DNA of 64,000 nucleotides from Batkoa obscura (Eukaryota): NCBI GenBank assembly GCA_030770535.1, contig JASVEC010000022.1, positions 744,001 to 808,000 of the forward strand, read 5' to 3'. Shown piece by piece: positions 38,885 to 51,953 of this stretch (position 1 is its first letter; each line of letters starts with the position of its first letter). The notes under the pieces were generated by a model. It saw only the letters and a program-made list of their open reading frames with translations, ran no database searches and was not told where the DNA came from. The position numbers and the translations under genes were made by a program.

Positions 38885-39441
38885 TCAATTATTAATTTTC
38901 ATACCTTTAAAAAACTTAATAGATTATCAACACCAACTATATTATTACAAGTGGCCCTTTCTATTATAGCAGTACTATGAGCATTTTTACTTAATGTGAA
39001 CATAGTAAGGAAGCTTGGAGTCATCAATATTCTATTAAGATAAAGCTCTATTTATATATATATCCTGTTAGCAGTTGTTTAGATCTTACGTGCTTAGGTT
39101 CATCTAGTTTGCATAAAATAATGATATTTTAACTCTATCTTCAATTGTATTAACCATGAATCCAGTGCATCCTGTATTTTTATCATCAATATGAACTCCA
39201 CTTTTAGTAAGATGACAATTGGGAGATTTAATCTACTAAATTCAAAGAACAAATGTCAACTTAATGATTTTGCTTTCTAATCTAACATCAAGTGCAATTT
39301 TAGTTTTACTTATCAATATTTCCCTATGCAATTCGATCATCTTTTATCTTATTCCTGAACTTATTTTATTCTTATTTGTAGGAAGATCAAAGATTAAACA
39401 GCCTTTGTTCAAACTCAGTTGATTAAAAGAGAGTCACCATG
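38885..39441 (-). pseudogene. Tandem-family copy H
   Basis: MIELHREILISKTKIALDVRLESKIIKLTFVL..KSGVHID..TIEDRVKNIIILCKLDE..QLLTGYI..RILMTP..VDNLLSFLK. Confidence 0.7.
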
Positions 39442-39715
39442 ATCAATTGTATTTTTATATGTCAAGTTGTTATAAATGATACAATAAATTCGTTAGGAAT
39501 ATTTTTTAGTTTCATCCATTTGTCTTTTTATGCAATGAAAAAAATAGCAATTTATCAATATTTAAAAATAAGATGTACCTATATTATTAATAAACTAATA
39601 AATAATATAGATAGTAAACGTTTACTGTTATTTATTCTATTAAGAATTAAGATATATTTATTTTCAACTACAATGCGATTAATTTATAATATGGTATGAC
39701 TTAAGCTAGTTCAAC

Positions 39716-42700
39716 TTATTTTGGTGATAAATATTGATCCATTTCCTTAGGATTATGTGGAGTTAAACCAACACCAACGGAGGTAGCCACTAAAGAGGGC
39801 AGCATAGCAGCTGTAAGGAAAGGGTTTTGATTGGCTTGTTTATTTTCAAACTTGTCTTTACTAGCAGTAGGTATGGCTTGATTCATATTTTCAACATTGT
39901 AAATGTTTTTATGCCCAGGTGTCAGAGAATCAAATAAATTCACTGGAATCAAACGTAATACAAATCCAATAGGAATAGAAAACAAACCAATAGCAATGGA
40001 AGCACCCCATTGAACTCCATTCAATGGCCTTGTATCAAAAGCAGCACCACCAAACTGTACAATAATTACCTGTAATACAATGATGCCTATAAAAATACTA
40101 TTGAAAATCCAATTCTTATGAATACCACGGAAGATGTTTAAATCGTTACCAACAATACGCGAGTTTAATAAATTAAAGATTTGTAAAAATACGAATGCGT
40201 TAAATACTACTGTTTCCAAAACTTCTTTTTCAACATCATCGTCATCTTTTTGAGGTGTGAAGAAACTGGTACCACCATATAATACAGCAAAGATAATAGC
40301 TACTTGGAAAAGGGCTTGACCAAGGATCATCTTCCACATATGAACATTAACTAAGGAGGCCTTTTGAGAATCTGGTGGACGATTTAGAACTTCAGGCGTA
40401 GGTGGATCAGTAGCTAAAGCAAGAGCAGCTAAAGTATCCATAATCAAATTAACCCACAATAGCTGTACAGCTTTTAAGACTGAATCTTCATTACTATCAA
40501 CAGCAGCACTAACAAAAGCAACAATGACAGCGGTTACGTTGACAGTAAGTTGGAATTGTAAAAACTTTTTAATAGCATCATTTACTGTACGACCCCACAT
40601 AATAGCTTTAACAATTGAAGAGAAGTTATCATCCATTAAAATAATTGAAGAAGCTTCTTTAGCTACTTCTGTACCTGCAATACCCATAGAAAACCCAACG
40701 TTGGCTGCCTTAAGAGCAGGTGCATCATTAGTACCATCACCAGTTACAGCCACCACTTCACCCATTTCTTTGAGCTTCTTAACCAATTTCATCTTATCTT
40801 CTGGTGATGAACGGGCTAAAACTCTAAGTCTTGGAATTACAAATTCCATTTGATGGGATGAAAGTTTACGAAACTCAGGTCCTTCCATGATCACTGAGCC
40901 TTCACTATAAATACCACATTTTCTAGCAATTGATTTAGCTGTTAATACGTTATCACCAGTTACCATACGCACAGTAACACCTGCTTTTCTACATGCTTCT
41001 ACAGCTTCTGGTACTCCATCACGTAATGGATCTTCAATACCTACTACTCCTAAAAAGGAGAATTCTTCTGCTGTGTATTTGTTTTCCCAAAATTGATGGC
41101 GATCGTCTCCATTAAGATTTAACAATCTACTGCTTTCATCTGAAGTAAGTTGATAATCTTTATAAGCAATACCGATAGTACGTAAAGTTTCATCAGCATA
41201 TTCTGAAATACGATGTTGAATAGAATTATTGATATCATTATCAATAGGATGATGTATGAAGGGTTGTTCTCCATCATTTGATCCTTTTCTGAAATCTACC
41301 ATTGTCGTACATTTACTCAATACAATTTCAGAAGCCCCCTTGATATACAATCTATAAGATGATTTATCATTTGGTAATTTAACTAAAGTAGCCATACTTT
41401 TACGTTCGCTACTGAATGGCCATAATTCTTCCACTGGATATCTTTGACGTAATTCATTAAAAGGTGTAGAAATAGAATCACACCATTCGAGTAATGCTAC
41501 CTCCGTTTTTGAACCAACTAAGGTGACTGTTCCTTTGTCATCTGTACTTTCGAATGCTGAAGAGTTAATAGCAATACCTTCCGATAATAAATCTAACACT
41601 TCTTTTGGAATAGCATTTGGAAACTCATCTGGTTTAAGTGGGGGGATTGAACAATTCACCTTAGTTAAATTTTGAGGATCCCTCAAAAATTGCACTGTAC
41701 TACCAAACGTACCTGCTACAACTGTCATACGATTTTGGGTAAGTGTTCCTGTTTTATCAGAACATACCGTTGTGGCACTTCCCATAGTTTCACAGGCAGA
41801 TAATAAACGAACCAAATTGTTATCTTTTAACATCCTAACCATTGCGAATGCCAAAGATAAAGTTACAGCCAATGGAAGACCTTCTGGGACTGCTACTACT
41901 ACTACAGTAATGGTAGTGATAATAATACTAACAATTTTTTGTACAATGACAGCAGCCTGCTTATCATCATCAGTCAAACTACCCCAGGCAGCAAAATAAC
42001 GAATCAAGAGCACAACCAACATTAATAAAGCAGCTGCACCACCTAATTTAGAGATACGTTCAGCAAGAATACCTAATTTTTTCTGTAGAGGGGTTTCTTC
42101 GTTATCAGTTCTAAGATTCATCATGATAGTTCCGTGGAAACTACTTTCACCCACAGCTACAACCAAACATTTACCTACACCTTCTAAAACTTTTGAACCA
42201 GAGATTAAAAAGGGATCTGATTTACCAGATACTGGACTAGAGTTTTGAATGGCTTTTAGATTTGGTAAAGCAGATAAAATTTCTGGTGATTCTGAAGTTT
42301 GAGGTTGTACACTTCTCCCCGATATTTCTTCATAAGTATGTTTTTTAATTGCATCCGATTCACCAGTGGCACTACTTTCATCGCAAGTAATATTATGGCC
42401 TGATAATAATATACCATCAGCTGCTAAAATTTCTCCAGGCTCTAATTGCATCACATCCCCTACCAATAAACCATAAACTGAAACTAAGCTCACTTTACCA
42501 TCCCTAATAACTTTAACACTACGATCTTCTTTTTTAGAGTTTAATTTTTGAAATTGTTTTTCTTTACGATAATCATTTAAACTACTCACTAATATAACAA
42601 TCAATACTGCTACTATAATGGCCACACCTTCAATCCAATGGGGCTTATCTGCATCCTTTGCACTCTTTTTACTGCCATGTGAGCCACTACCACTTACATC

Positions 42701-43090
42701 TTGATAGATACCAATAGCTAAAGAGACCAAAGCAGCAATGGATAAAATAATCATCACTTTATCTTGTAATGCCTCCCAACATAGCTTTAAAAAGGATTTG
42801 GTTTTAACTGGAGGTAACCTATTGATACCAAAGTGTTTAGCACGCGCCACATTAATATCAGAAGAGTCCAGTTTTTGTAATGCTGTACTATCGCTTAGAC
42901 TTGGACTAACATCTCTCAACCCAGTTTCTACATTCGCATGTAGGCCTTCTACTAGCCCGGGCGTACCTCCCAATTCGCCCAATAAATTGATATTTTTAGG
43001 ATCAAATAAAGCTTTCAACTCTCCGGGTGAGTATTTGAAGTGACTACTTTTTTCATTAATGGTGGATAAATTAACTTCTTCTTTACCCAT
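39716..43090 (-). CDS. PMC1: P-type IIB Ca2+-ATPase (PMCA/vacuolar Pmc1), intronless, 1124 aa
   Basis: TGES; PEGLPLAVT; CSDKTGTLT; KGASE; TGDN; ARSSPEDK; GDGTNDAPAL; LLWVNLIMDT. Confidence 0.95.
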   Translation of the reverse strand: MGKEEVNLSTINEKSSHFKYSPGELKALFDPKNINLLGELGGTPGLVEGLHANVETGLRDVSPSLSDSTALQKLDSSDINVARAKHFGINRLPPVKTKSFLKLCWEALQDKVMIILSIAALVSLAIGIYQDVSGSGSHGSKKSAKDADKPHWIEGVAIIVAVLIVILVSSLNDYRKEKQFQKLNSKKEDRSVKVIRDGKVSLVSVYGLLVGDVMQLEPGEILAADGILLSGHNITCDESSATGESDAIKKHTYEEISGRSVQPQTSESPEILSALPNLKAIQNSSPVSGKSDPFLISGSKVLEGVGKCLVVAVGESSFHGTIMMNLRTDNEETPLQKKLGILAERISKLGGAAALLMLVVLLIRYFAAWGSLTDDDKQAAVIVQKIVSIIITTITVVVVAVPEGLPLAVTLSLAFAMVRMLKDNNLVRLLSACETMGSATTVCSDKTGTLTQNRMTVVAGTFGSTVQFLRDPQNLTKVNCSIPPLKPDEFPNAIPKEVLDLLSEGIAINSSAFESTDDKGTVTLVGSKTEVALLEWCDSISTPFNELRQRYPVEELWPFSSERKSMATLVKLPNDKSSYRLYIKGASEIVLSKCTTMVDFRKGSNDGEQPFIHHPIDNDINNSIQHRISEYADETLRTIGIAYKDYQLTSDESSRLLNLNGDDRHQFWENKYTAEEFSFLGVVGIEDPLRDGVPEAVEACRKAGVTVRMVTGDNVLTAKSIARKCGIYSEGSVIMEGPEFRKLSSHQMEFVIPRLRVLARSSPEDKMKLVKKLKEMGEVVAVTGDGTNDAPALKAANVGFSMGIAGTEVAKEASSIILMDDNFSSIVKAIMWGRTVNDAIKKFLQFQLTVNVTAVIVAFVSAAVDSNEDSVLKAVQLLWVNLIMDTLAALALATDPPTPEVLNRPPDSQKASLVNVHMWKMILGQALFQVAIIFAVLYGGTSFFTPQKDDDDVEKEVLETVVFNAFVFLQIFNLLNSRIVGNDLNIFRGIHKNWIFNSIFIGIIVLQVIIVQFGGAAFDTRPLNGVQWGASIAIGLFSIPIGFVLRLIPVNLFDSLTPGHKNIYNVENMNQAIPTASKDKFENKQANQNPFLTAAMLPSLVATSVGVGLTPHNPKEMDQYLSPK

Positions 43091-44250
43091 TATTATTATG
43101 TATTATACTTTTTATTAATGTATGTTTTTTATTGAATATGTAAGATAAAATTTTTGTTTTAAACAGAATAAAAAATAGTTAAGAACAAAAGAAATTAAAT
43201 TGAATAGTTTTTATTTTTATATTAATTTTATAGTTTATAGTTTATATAGTTTGTAGGAAAATTTAGCTTAATCTTCAGTTATTAACTAATTGATTAAAAA
43301 TTTAGAGGAATTATAAAATAGTTGATGTAAACTGACTTAGTTAAAAATGATTGAATATCTAATTCTCCGCCTATAAAATTTTTAGATTCACTATTTTCTT
43401 TTCTTTTGATTCGAAGTGTTTGTCTATCTTAATATCCAGTTTTCGAAACTCAATTAAAACTTTCTAAATAGAACTAATTTAGATAAAGAGAAGCTTTGTA
43501 ATTCCTTCCTCATTTTTTTGTTTAAGAAAGAATTGAAATCCATAAGCTAATAAATTCACTTATAAGTGTAATCTTACAATGCTTAAAGTTACTATTAGAA
43601 AACGTCTCATACTCTACAATCTTTCCAATTTTCAAAAAATATACCCATTAAAGTTATTCTTTAAAAGAAAGGTTTGCCCTTTCTAATTAGAATACTGAAT
43701 GCTTCTTCCAAATCCTTTAAAATTATTAAAAAAAAGCCTCTTTCTACCAATTTTTAAAAACACTTTAAGCCAAACATGATTGATTGATTTGATTTTCAAT
43801 TGCTAGTTAAAATATCATTTTGAGTTATATTAAAAAACGATCAGATTTTTTAAAGAAAATGGCAATTGTCATTATTTTTAAACTAAAACTTGATCAAAAA
43901 AAGATCTAATTATGACAGAAATCAATTGATGGGTTTGTATCTATAAAATTTTTTCTAAACTATAATCGTAAAAATTTTAGCAAAAGGTTTGATTTTATTG
44001 AGGTTAATGATATTTAACCTTTGGGGTTATTTAGTTTAGAATAAAGCTAATTCTTGATTGCGAAAAAATATGTGAGTACAATAGAATCCACTATAAGCTT
44101 CCTATTATTTTTTCTACTTAGAAATAACAAATTGACAAAATTGATATTGTTTTGATATTCTGGCCTATTATAACATTATTGATTATGTATATTTATATTA
44201 ACAACTCAAAAATGCGCAAAATTCGAATTTATAAATAAGAATATTCTTAA

Positions 44251-44493
44251 CCACTTGAGTACCATAGATGGATAATACTCACCAAATTTTTATGTAGCAA
44301 AATTAAATTATGATGAACATTGTATACATATGATTTTAATCAAAATAAAATTATGACGACATTGCTCACACAACCTAAATCAAATTAACTCTTTGGATGT
44401 TAAACCTTAAAAACCTAACTTAGTTAGCATAAATTGATTAAAATTGTGATCCAATTGAACAGAATTTTTCTGCAACGCTTGGTGCTCAAAGGC
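44251..44493. mobile_element. TTAA-flanked non-autonomous TIR element (piggyBac-like), 243 bp
   Basis: ttaa|ccacttgagtacca ... tggtgctcaaaggc|ttaa: imperfect 14-bp TIRs with TTAA on both sides. A related end lies at 59415. Confidence 0.55.
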
Positions 44494-44586
44494 TTAAATT
44501 CTTATCTCAAAAAGCTTATTTTTGTGCCTAAAATAGGCTAGCTACTCTGTTAATATAAAATTCGGTGCTTTTTATAATTAGTAATT

Positions 44587-44683
44587 GGGGATGTATTTTT
44601 GTGTTTAAGAATTTTATTAACTTTTCCACTCAAATAGCGCTTAAAAGGTGGAAAAAAGTAATGAAATCAAAAAAACCATCCCT
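44587..44683. mobile_element. MITE copy
   Basis: Family match, AATT TSD. Confidence 0.88.
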
Positions 44684-45233
44684 AATTGTTGATAGAAATG
44701 TGAGTTAAAAAGTTAATAAAGTGCGCATCTTTTATTACTCAATATTGTTTTTTGAAGAATCTAAGCAGTCTATACAAAAGCATTAACTTCTTTATCACTT
44801 ATCAATTAAAATGAATGTAATCTTTCATTTAAAAAGTATGGTCGTTTGTACTTAAGCTATGTAATCAAAATTCTTATTTTTTTGAAAAATGTTATTACTA
44901 TAATGGCAGCATACAAATAGGAAGTAAAAATTAATATACTAGCTTTAGCCTAATTATAGAACATGCTTAATTGTTTGTGTATAATAAAAAATCAAGACCT
45001 TTAAACGTTTATTTATTATAGCAAAACTAGAGATGAGAAGATTATAACATCCTTATTTTAAATCTTATATGATAATCAAATCTCAAGTATTTCCATTGTT
45101 ATGAGAATGGGTAAAGTAAAATCAAATATAGGAGTTAAAAAACGACTCTATAATTTAACTTTATTAAACATTGAAAGCGTAATGGTTGTTAATATTGAAG
45201 CAAAAGATATTAAAAAACATTCTATAAACATAT

Positions 45234-45445
45234 GGGAGTGTTTTTTTGTGTTTAAGAATTTTACCAACAATCTTTTCACTCAAATAGCCCTTAAAAATGG
45301 AAAAAATAATGAAGTCAAAAAAAACACTCCCATATTATATTTTATATGGGAGTGTTTTTTTTGACTTCATTATTTTTTCCATTTTTAAGGGCTATTTGAG
45401 TGAAAAGATTGTTGGTAAAATTCTTAGGTACAAAAATACATTCCC
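45234..45445. mobile_element. Palindromic MITE dimer (45234-45331 and 45348-45445)
   Basis: Two inverted copies, 16-nt spacer, inner ~79 nt identical. Confidence 0.92.
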
Positions 45446-45745
45446 ATATTTTTAAAATCATAAACAACATTATAATAAATCACCTTGTATGTAATTTATA
45501 ATATTTTAAAAAAAACTCATCCTATGAATTTTTTAATAAACTTTATTAACATGTAATATTAAAATTTTATCATTTTTTGGTATCTCAGTTTGGTATAAAA
45601 AATATTAACTATCATAATCATTTTTTACCGTATATAATGAAATATAATAATTTTGAATAATAATATAGAAGTGTTTTTTCGAATAAAAAAAGACAAAAAA
45701 TAAAATAAAACAAAAACAAGGATAAAATAAAATCGTCTATGATAT

Positions 45746-45843
45746 GGGGCTGTTTTTTTTAGTTTCATTATTTTTCCATTTTTTAAGCGCTATTTATGTG
45801 GAAAAATTGTCAGTAAAATTCTTAAATACAAAAATACATCCCC
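45746..45843. mobile_element. MITE copy (close match to the transposon right end)
   Basis: ggggctgt..ttagtttcattatttttccattttttaa; ATAT TSD. Confidence 0.9.
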
Positions 45844-46292
45844 ATATACTCGACAAAGCTCATAATATTTATTCGTTGTTACTTTTTTTACTAAGTTCTT
45901 GCACAATGTGATTAAATTGATTATTCTGACTGTGATAACCATCCATACCGGGGAAAAATCGATATCTTATCCAGCGCTTAAAGTATATATTCCCTGGATA
46001 TGAAAAACTTTTGCATAATCTGTTTACTTCTAAATTCCAAAAGTTTCGTCTCACTCTCATTTTATCTGTTCAAACAGTCAATATACTCTATTATTTCTAC
46101 TGTCTTATTTAAAGTCAAGCACTAATCGATCTTTGATGATATCTGCTATAAACTATAACACTTTCTCTCCCTATTGGTGTTAAATAAAAGAAAGATACAA
46201 AACTCAGTCTGTAGTTAAAAGGAAACTTATACGCACATTTTGTTTGGTTAATTTACTTTTTAAGAAATGATATTAAATTATAGACATTACAT

Positions 46293-46387
46293 GGGAATGT
46301 GTTTTGTGTTTGGGAACTTTATTAACAATTTTTCCGCTCAAATAGCGCTTGAAAAATGAAAGTGATAAAGCCAAAGAAAATACTTAC
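46293..46387. mobile_element. MITE copy (decayed)
   Basis: Family match. Confidence 0.8.
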
Positions 46388-47367
46388 ATATAAACATAAT
46401 CATAGTTGTTACATCGAATTTAAGTTATTTCCTTTATTGCGGTTAAATCGGTTTTCTGAAAGCATAAAAAATTGGATAGCATTATGCTAGTTTATTTTTA
46501 TTTCTTAAAGTTTAATAAAGTTTTATTTAAAAATTAGAGTATTTTATAAAAATATAAAACAGGTAAAGAATAATAATGAGGTAAAAGATACTCTACATTT
46601 CATAAAATATTTTTGTCAAAACACGACCTTTAAGAAAAATGATTTTAAAATTTTAATTTTAAGAATATAATTTAATATTCACAATAGTTTTTAAAGTATT
46701 AGCTTATTAAATCGTTAACATTAATAGATACTTTCAAACTGCTTTCAAGTTTTATAATATCTAAACACTTTTTGTTTATATTTTGTCATTGTTGTAGATA
46801 TAGATAGCCTTCAATACCATAAAAAGATCAAAATTTTGATACATATAAATTTTATTAACCGATTTTCAGTTTTATATTTAATGACGTTCGTATGAAGAAG
46901 GCTTTAGTAGAGCTCCACATAATACCAGTAAGGGTATTATAGCATCATTTTAGCTTACAACTATGGGCAATTTATTTGCATACTAAAATTCAAGATTCTC
47001 GTGGCAAAGTGGTTTTCTATTGTAAAAAAATACTAAATAAAAAGGATAGAAGGAGTATTTGATCTGATTCATAAGAGAATAAAATTTATTTTTATAGTAT
47101 AATTTACTTGATGATCTCACCTTTAATAAGATAATTGGCAACTAATAATAATTTACCCATTGATTAAGCGAAAAGTAAGAAAAAAATTAGATTTAGTGCA
47201 AAAAATTGGGGATGGTAAACACTGCCGCGTCAAAAAGAAGGAAAAATAAACTGACTAAACCGAAAACTTAATTTTAGTACGATGATTGGTTGAAATCACG
47301 GATTATGGGACCAAAATCAGATATTTAAAGATAACAAAGATTGTCATAGAATGATAAGTTTTTAACT

Positions 47368-48199
<832 letters not shown>

Positions 48200-48354
48200 A
48201 TAAATATTTGTATAATTGTTTTAATTTGTAAATTTGCTATCTAATTTTAATTACTATCTTAGATTTATAATATTCTCAGCAATACAGTCGTTGAATTTCT
48301 TTTTTACTGTAATTTAAAACTTAAAAAAGTTCAAGAAATTGTAAAATATTTTTA

Positions 48355-49101
48355 ATGAATAAAGATTTACATTGTCACTTGTTAAAAAATGGAGCAATAC
48401 AAAGTACGTTTGATGAATTGTAAGTAAATAATTAAACTACATTGAGCTTTTGTATTTGACGTATTTTTAGCCATAGACAATTATTCTTATCAGATAATCA
48501 ACAGAAACTATATTTCGAGAAAGACTTTACACAATTGTTTAGTCAAATAATGGAGGCAAGCGAAGACTGTAGTAATATAAAGTTGAACGAAGACAAAACA
48601 GAAACGGAAACAGAAAACATCTTAAACAGAGTCGAAGCTAAGATGGATTTGATGGAACAGAATGAAAATAAAATTAATGAGATTATTAATAGTGAGGATT
48701 TTACAAAAGACAAAAGCGCCAATTCTATTAATGTTGAATCTGAGCTTGATCTTAGCCCTATTAAACCAAATAACAAGAAAGTGGTAAAGAAAAGGAATGG
48801 CCCAAATAGTAAAAGGAAGGTTTTATCAAATAAAGCTAGTAAAAGAACATCTACAAATAATGGCAATGGAAATGCTGCTCCAAATCGTGATCAAATTAAA
48901 TCGAAGAATCAAAGAAAAATTTCAGAAAAGGAGGAAAAGGATCGATTGAAGGACAGTGAAACTAAAATGAGTATACTAAATAATCATGATTTATTAAACA
49001 ATATGTTTGATGTTCATCCTCTTAATTTTCGAGAAAATATGAATTGGACTCCTACAGATACTTTTATCCCATTCAAATTTAATGGCTCTGGTTTTATTTA
49101 A
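48355..49101 (+). CDS. Hypothetical protein (2 exons, Lys/Asn-rich, probable NLS)
   Basis: ATG at 48355. Intron gtaagt..ttag at 48420-48470 joins in frame to ORF 48535-49101. No family recognised. Confidence 0.55.
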
Positions 49102-49509
49102 GTTTTTTTTTTATTAAAGTGTTTACGCTTTTATTATTTTTTTATAAAATATATTCTCATAATTATAAGTTTGATTGCAATAGTAAGGAATCATGGTTAT
49201 TGAGTAAGTAGCTTAATGGTAATTATATTACTCTTTATAGATAAATTAAAACTAGTTGGTTGAATTAAAATAGTTTCAGCTTTTATGAACTTTTATTAAA
49301 CAAAATTATAATAAATAGTCACATTTTTATGAAATAGCTTAGGTATTTAATACTTTAAAGATAATGACCAATTCAATTCTTTAATTACACACTAAATAAA
49401 TAAGAACGTCATCAAAAATAAATACAAAGCACACATTTAATTCATAACAGTAATTGAAGTACAGGAGTCACCACCTTAAAGGCTGGACAAATCATAAATA
49501 AGAGCATTA

Positions 49510-51953
49510 TCATCTAGATTCAATTTCTTTTACCCTTATATTTAAATTTGTAAGAAAGATACCAAAGTCGTCTTGATTTACCTCAATGACCGAATTTTTG
49601 AACCTAGCAAACTGTAGTTTAACTTTAGGGTCATTAGCTTGCTGCTTGAAAGCAAGTGCAATTGGGTCCCTTGTAAAAGTAGTAAAATCTCTAACAGCAA
49701 CAACTAAAAATCTATTACTAGATTTATCTAAAGATGCAGTGACAATTGGCAAGCTCTTTCCTTTATCTGAACCATCACGGGAGCTGCGTTTAATTGCTTG
49801 TGATAAAAAATGACCGAGATCAGCAAGTGTATCTGGATGAATATAAGTTTCTGCACGAGGACTTTCTTTGACAAAGGCAAGGCGATAGGCATCAAATTCA
49901 CACACATCATTATCTTTTAATAATTTGAACCCTTCTTCCATAATCCCTTTTTTAATATGAATATTTAAATTGATACCTGCTTTAAGCAATTTAATGCTAA
50001 ATAAAAGTTAAAACTTGGCTGGTAAATATATATGTATATTACTTATCAAATGCACTATAAGCGATCGAAAAGCACTGCTGATAAATTCCATCTAAATCAG
50101 TTTCATCCCCATCCCATTTCTCAAACCCTTTTTTAAGAGTTTCCAAAACCTCAGGTGCAACTTTGTTGGTAGCATCAAGTTTAAGTTGAGTGTCACCATC
50201 ATAAAGAACTGTACGTAATACAATCTCTCGATTCAGCTCAGTCAAACGCTCTAACATAGTTGGCGTAACCTAACAATATTATAATTTATTCAAGCAATTT
50301 TTTAATATTTACCTTTAATAAAGCTTCTATAGAAGCACAAACATCTGCAGCTTCAAGGGGCAGAATAGTGTTATATCCCATATGCCTACAAATAGAAGGA
50401 TAGGTAAGATTTCGAAGTCCATACTGAGGCGCGTATCCATTTAGTTTGTTCATTAAAGAAACTTTAATATCACGATCCATAGTAGGATAAAACAAACATG
50501 ATTGGCTTAAAGATACACCCATTTTAGCTAAAATATTATGCATTCGACTACGACCTGCTTCCGTCCATACACGAAAGTTAGTAGAAATTTCATTACTATA
50601 ACGCATAGATTCATATAGGTTCCAATAATGCAAAGTCGGAAATATGAATGCTTCCTTAAGTTCGACTCTACCTTCAACATCTAGCTTGTTTCTTTGGTAT
50701 AAATGTGAATCTTTACTATTATCTTCGATTGGTAGAGGCGAAGGTGTTGGCATGGGTGCTGAAAGGATATTGAAAAGCTCACGGTCGTTGGTAGGGTCTT
50801 CTGGCTTATCTTTTCTCAATTTTTTAATCGCGTTTTCGGCGGAAACAAAAGTAACATTAGGATCAAAGTGTACTTCACTAACTGCCTTGGTGCCAGAGTT
50901 GCGTTGGATACGTCTATTCATCACTCTACCTCTAAGAGTATTATTATCAAACGCGACAGTTACATTTTTAGTTATTGGACCAGAAGGCCTTTTTTTATTG
51001 GGATACATTTCTATATTATGATTCTCCAATTTACGTTGAAACCAATCATAATGCATTAAATATTGATCTCTACTATGCTGATTAGAAATAAAACGAGATG
51101 TCAGTCCAATAGAAGCCCACCATAAATAATCATCTTTTAAGGCACCTTGCCCTTCAGCCATGGTTAACATTAAGCATGAAACCGACATACCGTATTCGAC
51201 CCCGGATGATTCATATCTTTTAATTAAATTATAGCTGTCCTTCCTTATTTTTTTACGAAGCTCTCTTTTTTTTTGCCTCTTTCTTTCAGCTTTGACTGGA
51301 TCATCACCTGCAAGTTCATCATCTGAGTCAGCCTTAAATGTCAAACTTACTAAATAAATTATAAAAGAATAATAAACTTACTTCATCTCCACTAACAACC
51401 AAGTCCATATCGTATTCATTTAGATATACTACACGATAGGCGCTTGACAACTCGGGTGTTATGTTCTCATCATTACCAATTACTTTAATTGAAGTATAAT
51501 TATAAACATTGTGTAAGTTGTAAGGGCGGTGAGAATCAAAGATATAAACTTGGATGTCTTTGCTAGTTTCGAAAATACGGTATATATCGAGTCCTCCTCC
51601 GCAATTTATCAATATAATATTTCGAAGCTTATATTATTAATTAATTCTAGAGTATCAATTACAATTAACTTACGTTTTTGTCACCAACAATATAATCAGA
51701 CTTTATTTTTGAAAGCATATCAGGCCTATTTATTGGTACTAAACGATACAAGATAGAGTCATTTCTCAACAGATCCTAAAAGGGTTAAATAATTGGATAG
51801 ATGGATAAATTGGCTTACAGTTAATAACTTAGCGCTAGCTAAAGAGTCAACATCAGGCGCAACAACAATGAAAGTAGATATCACATTAAAGATAGCCTTT
51901 GATTTAATAGCATTGTATATTAACGATAGCTTATCGTCATTAAATAACCCCAT
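49510..51953 (-). CDS. CDC45: Replication initiation factor Cdc45, multi-exon
   Basis: VAPDVDSLAS; INCGG..FDSHRPYNLHNV; LWWASIGLTS; YWNLYESM; LAKMGVSL; AADV; HPDTLADL. Confidence 0.9.

Noticed and set aside
4191..39441. Alternative genetic code (TAA/TAG = Gln) or RIP-like C-to-T mutation explaining stops in the Dicer relic and array copies
   Set aside because: Conserved genes end in TAA/TAG normally and the relics also carry frameshifts. A few CAA-to-TAA cases (e.g. 36985-36987) are too few to separate from general AT-biased decay without a dinucleotide-context analysis.
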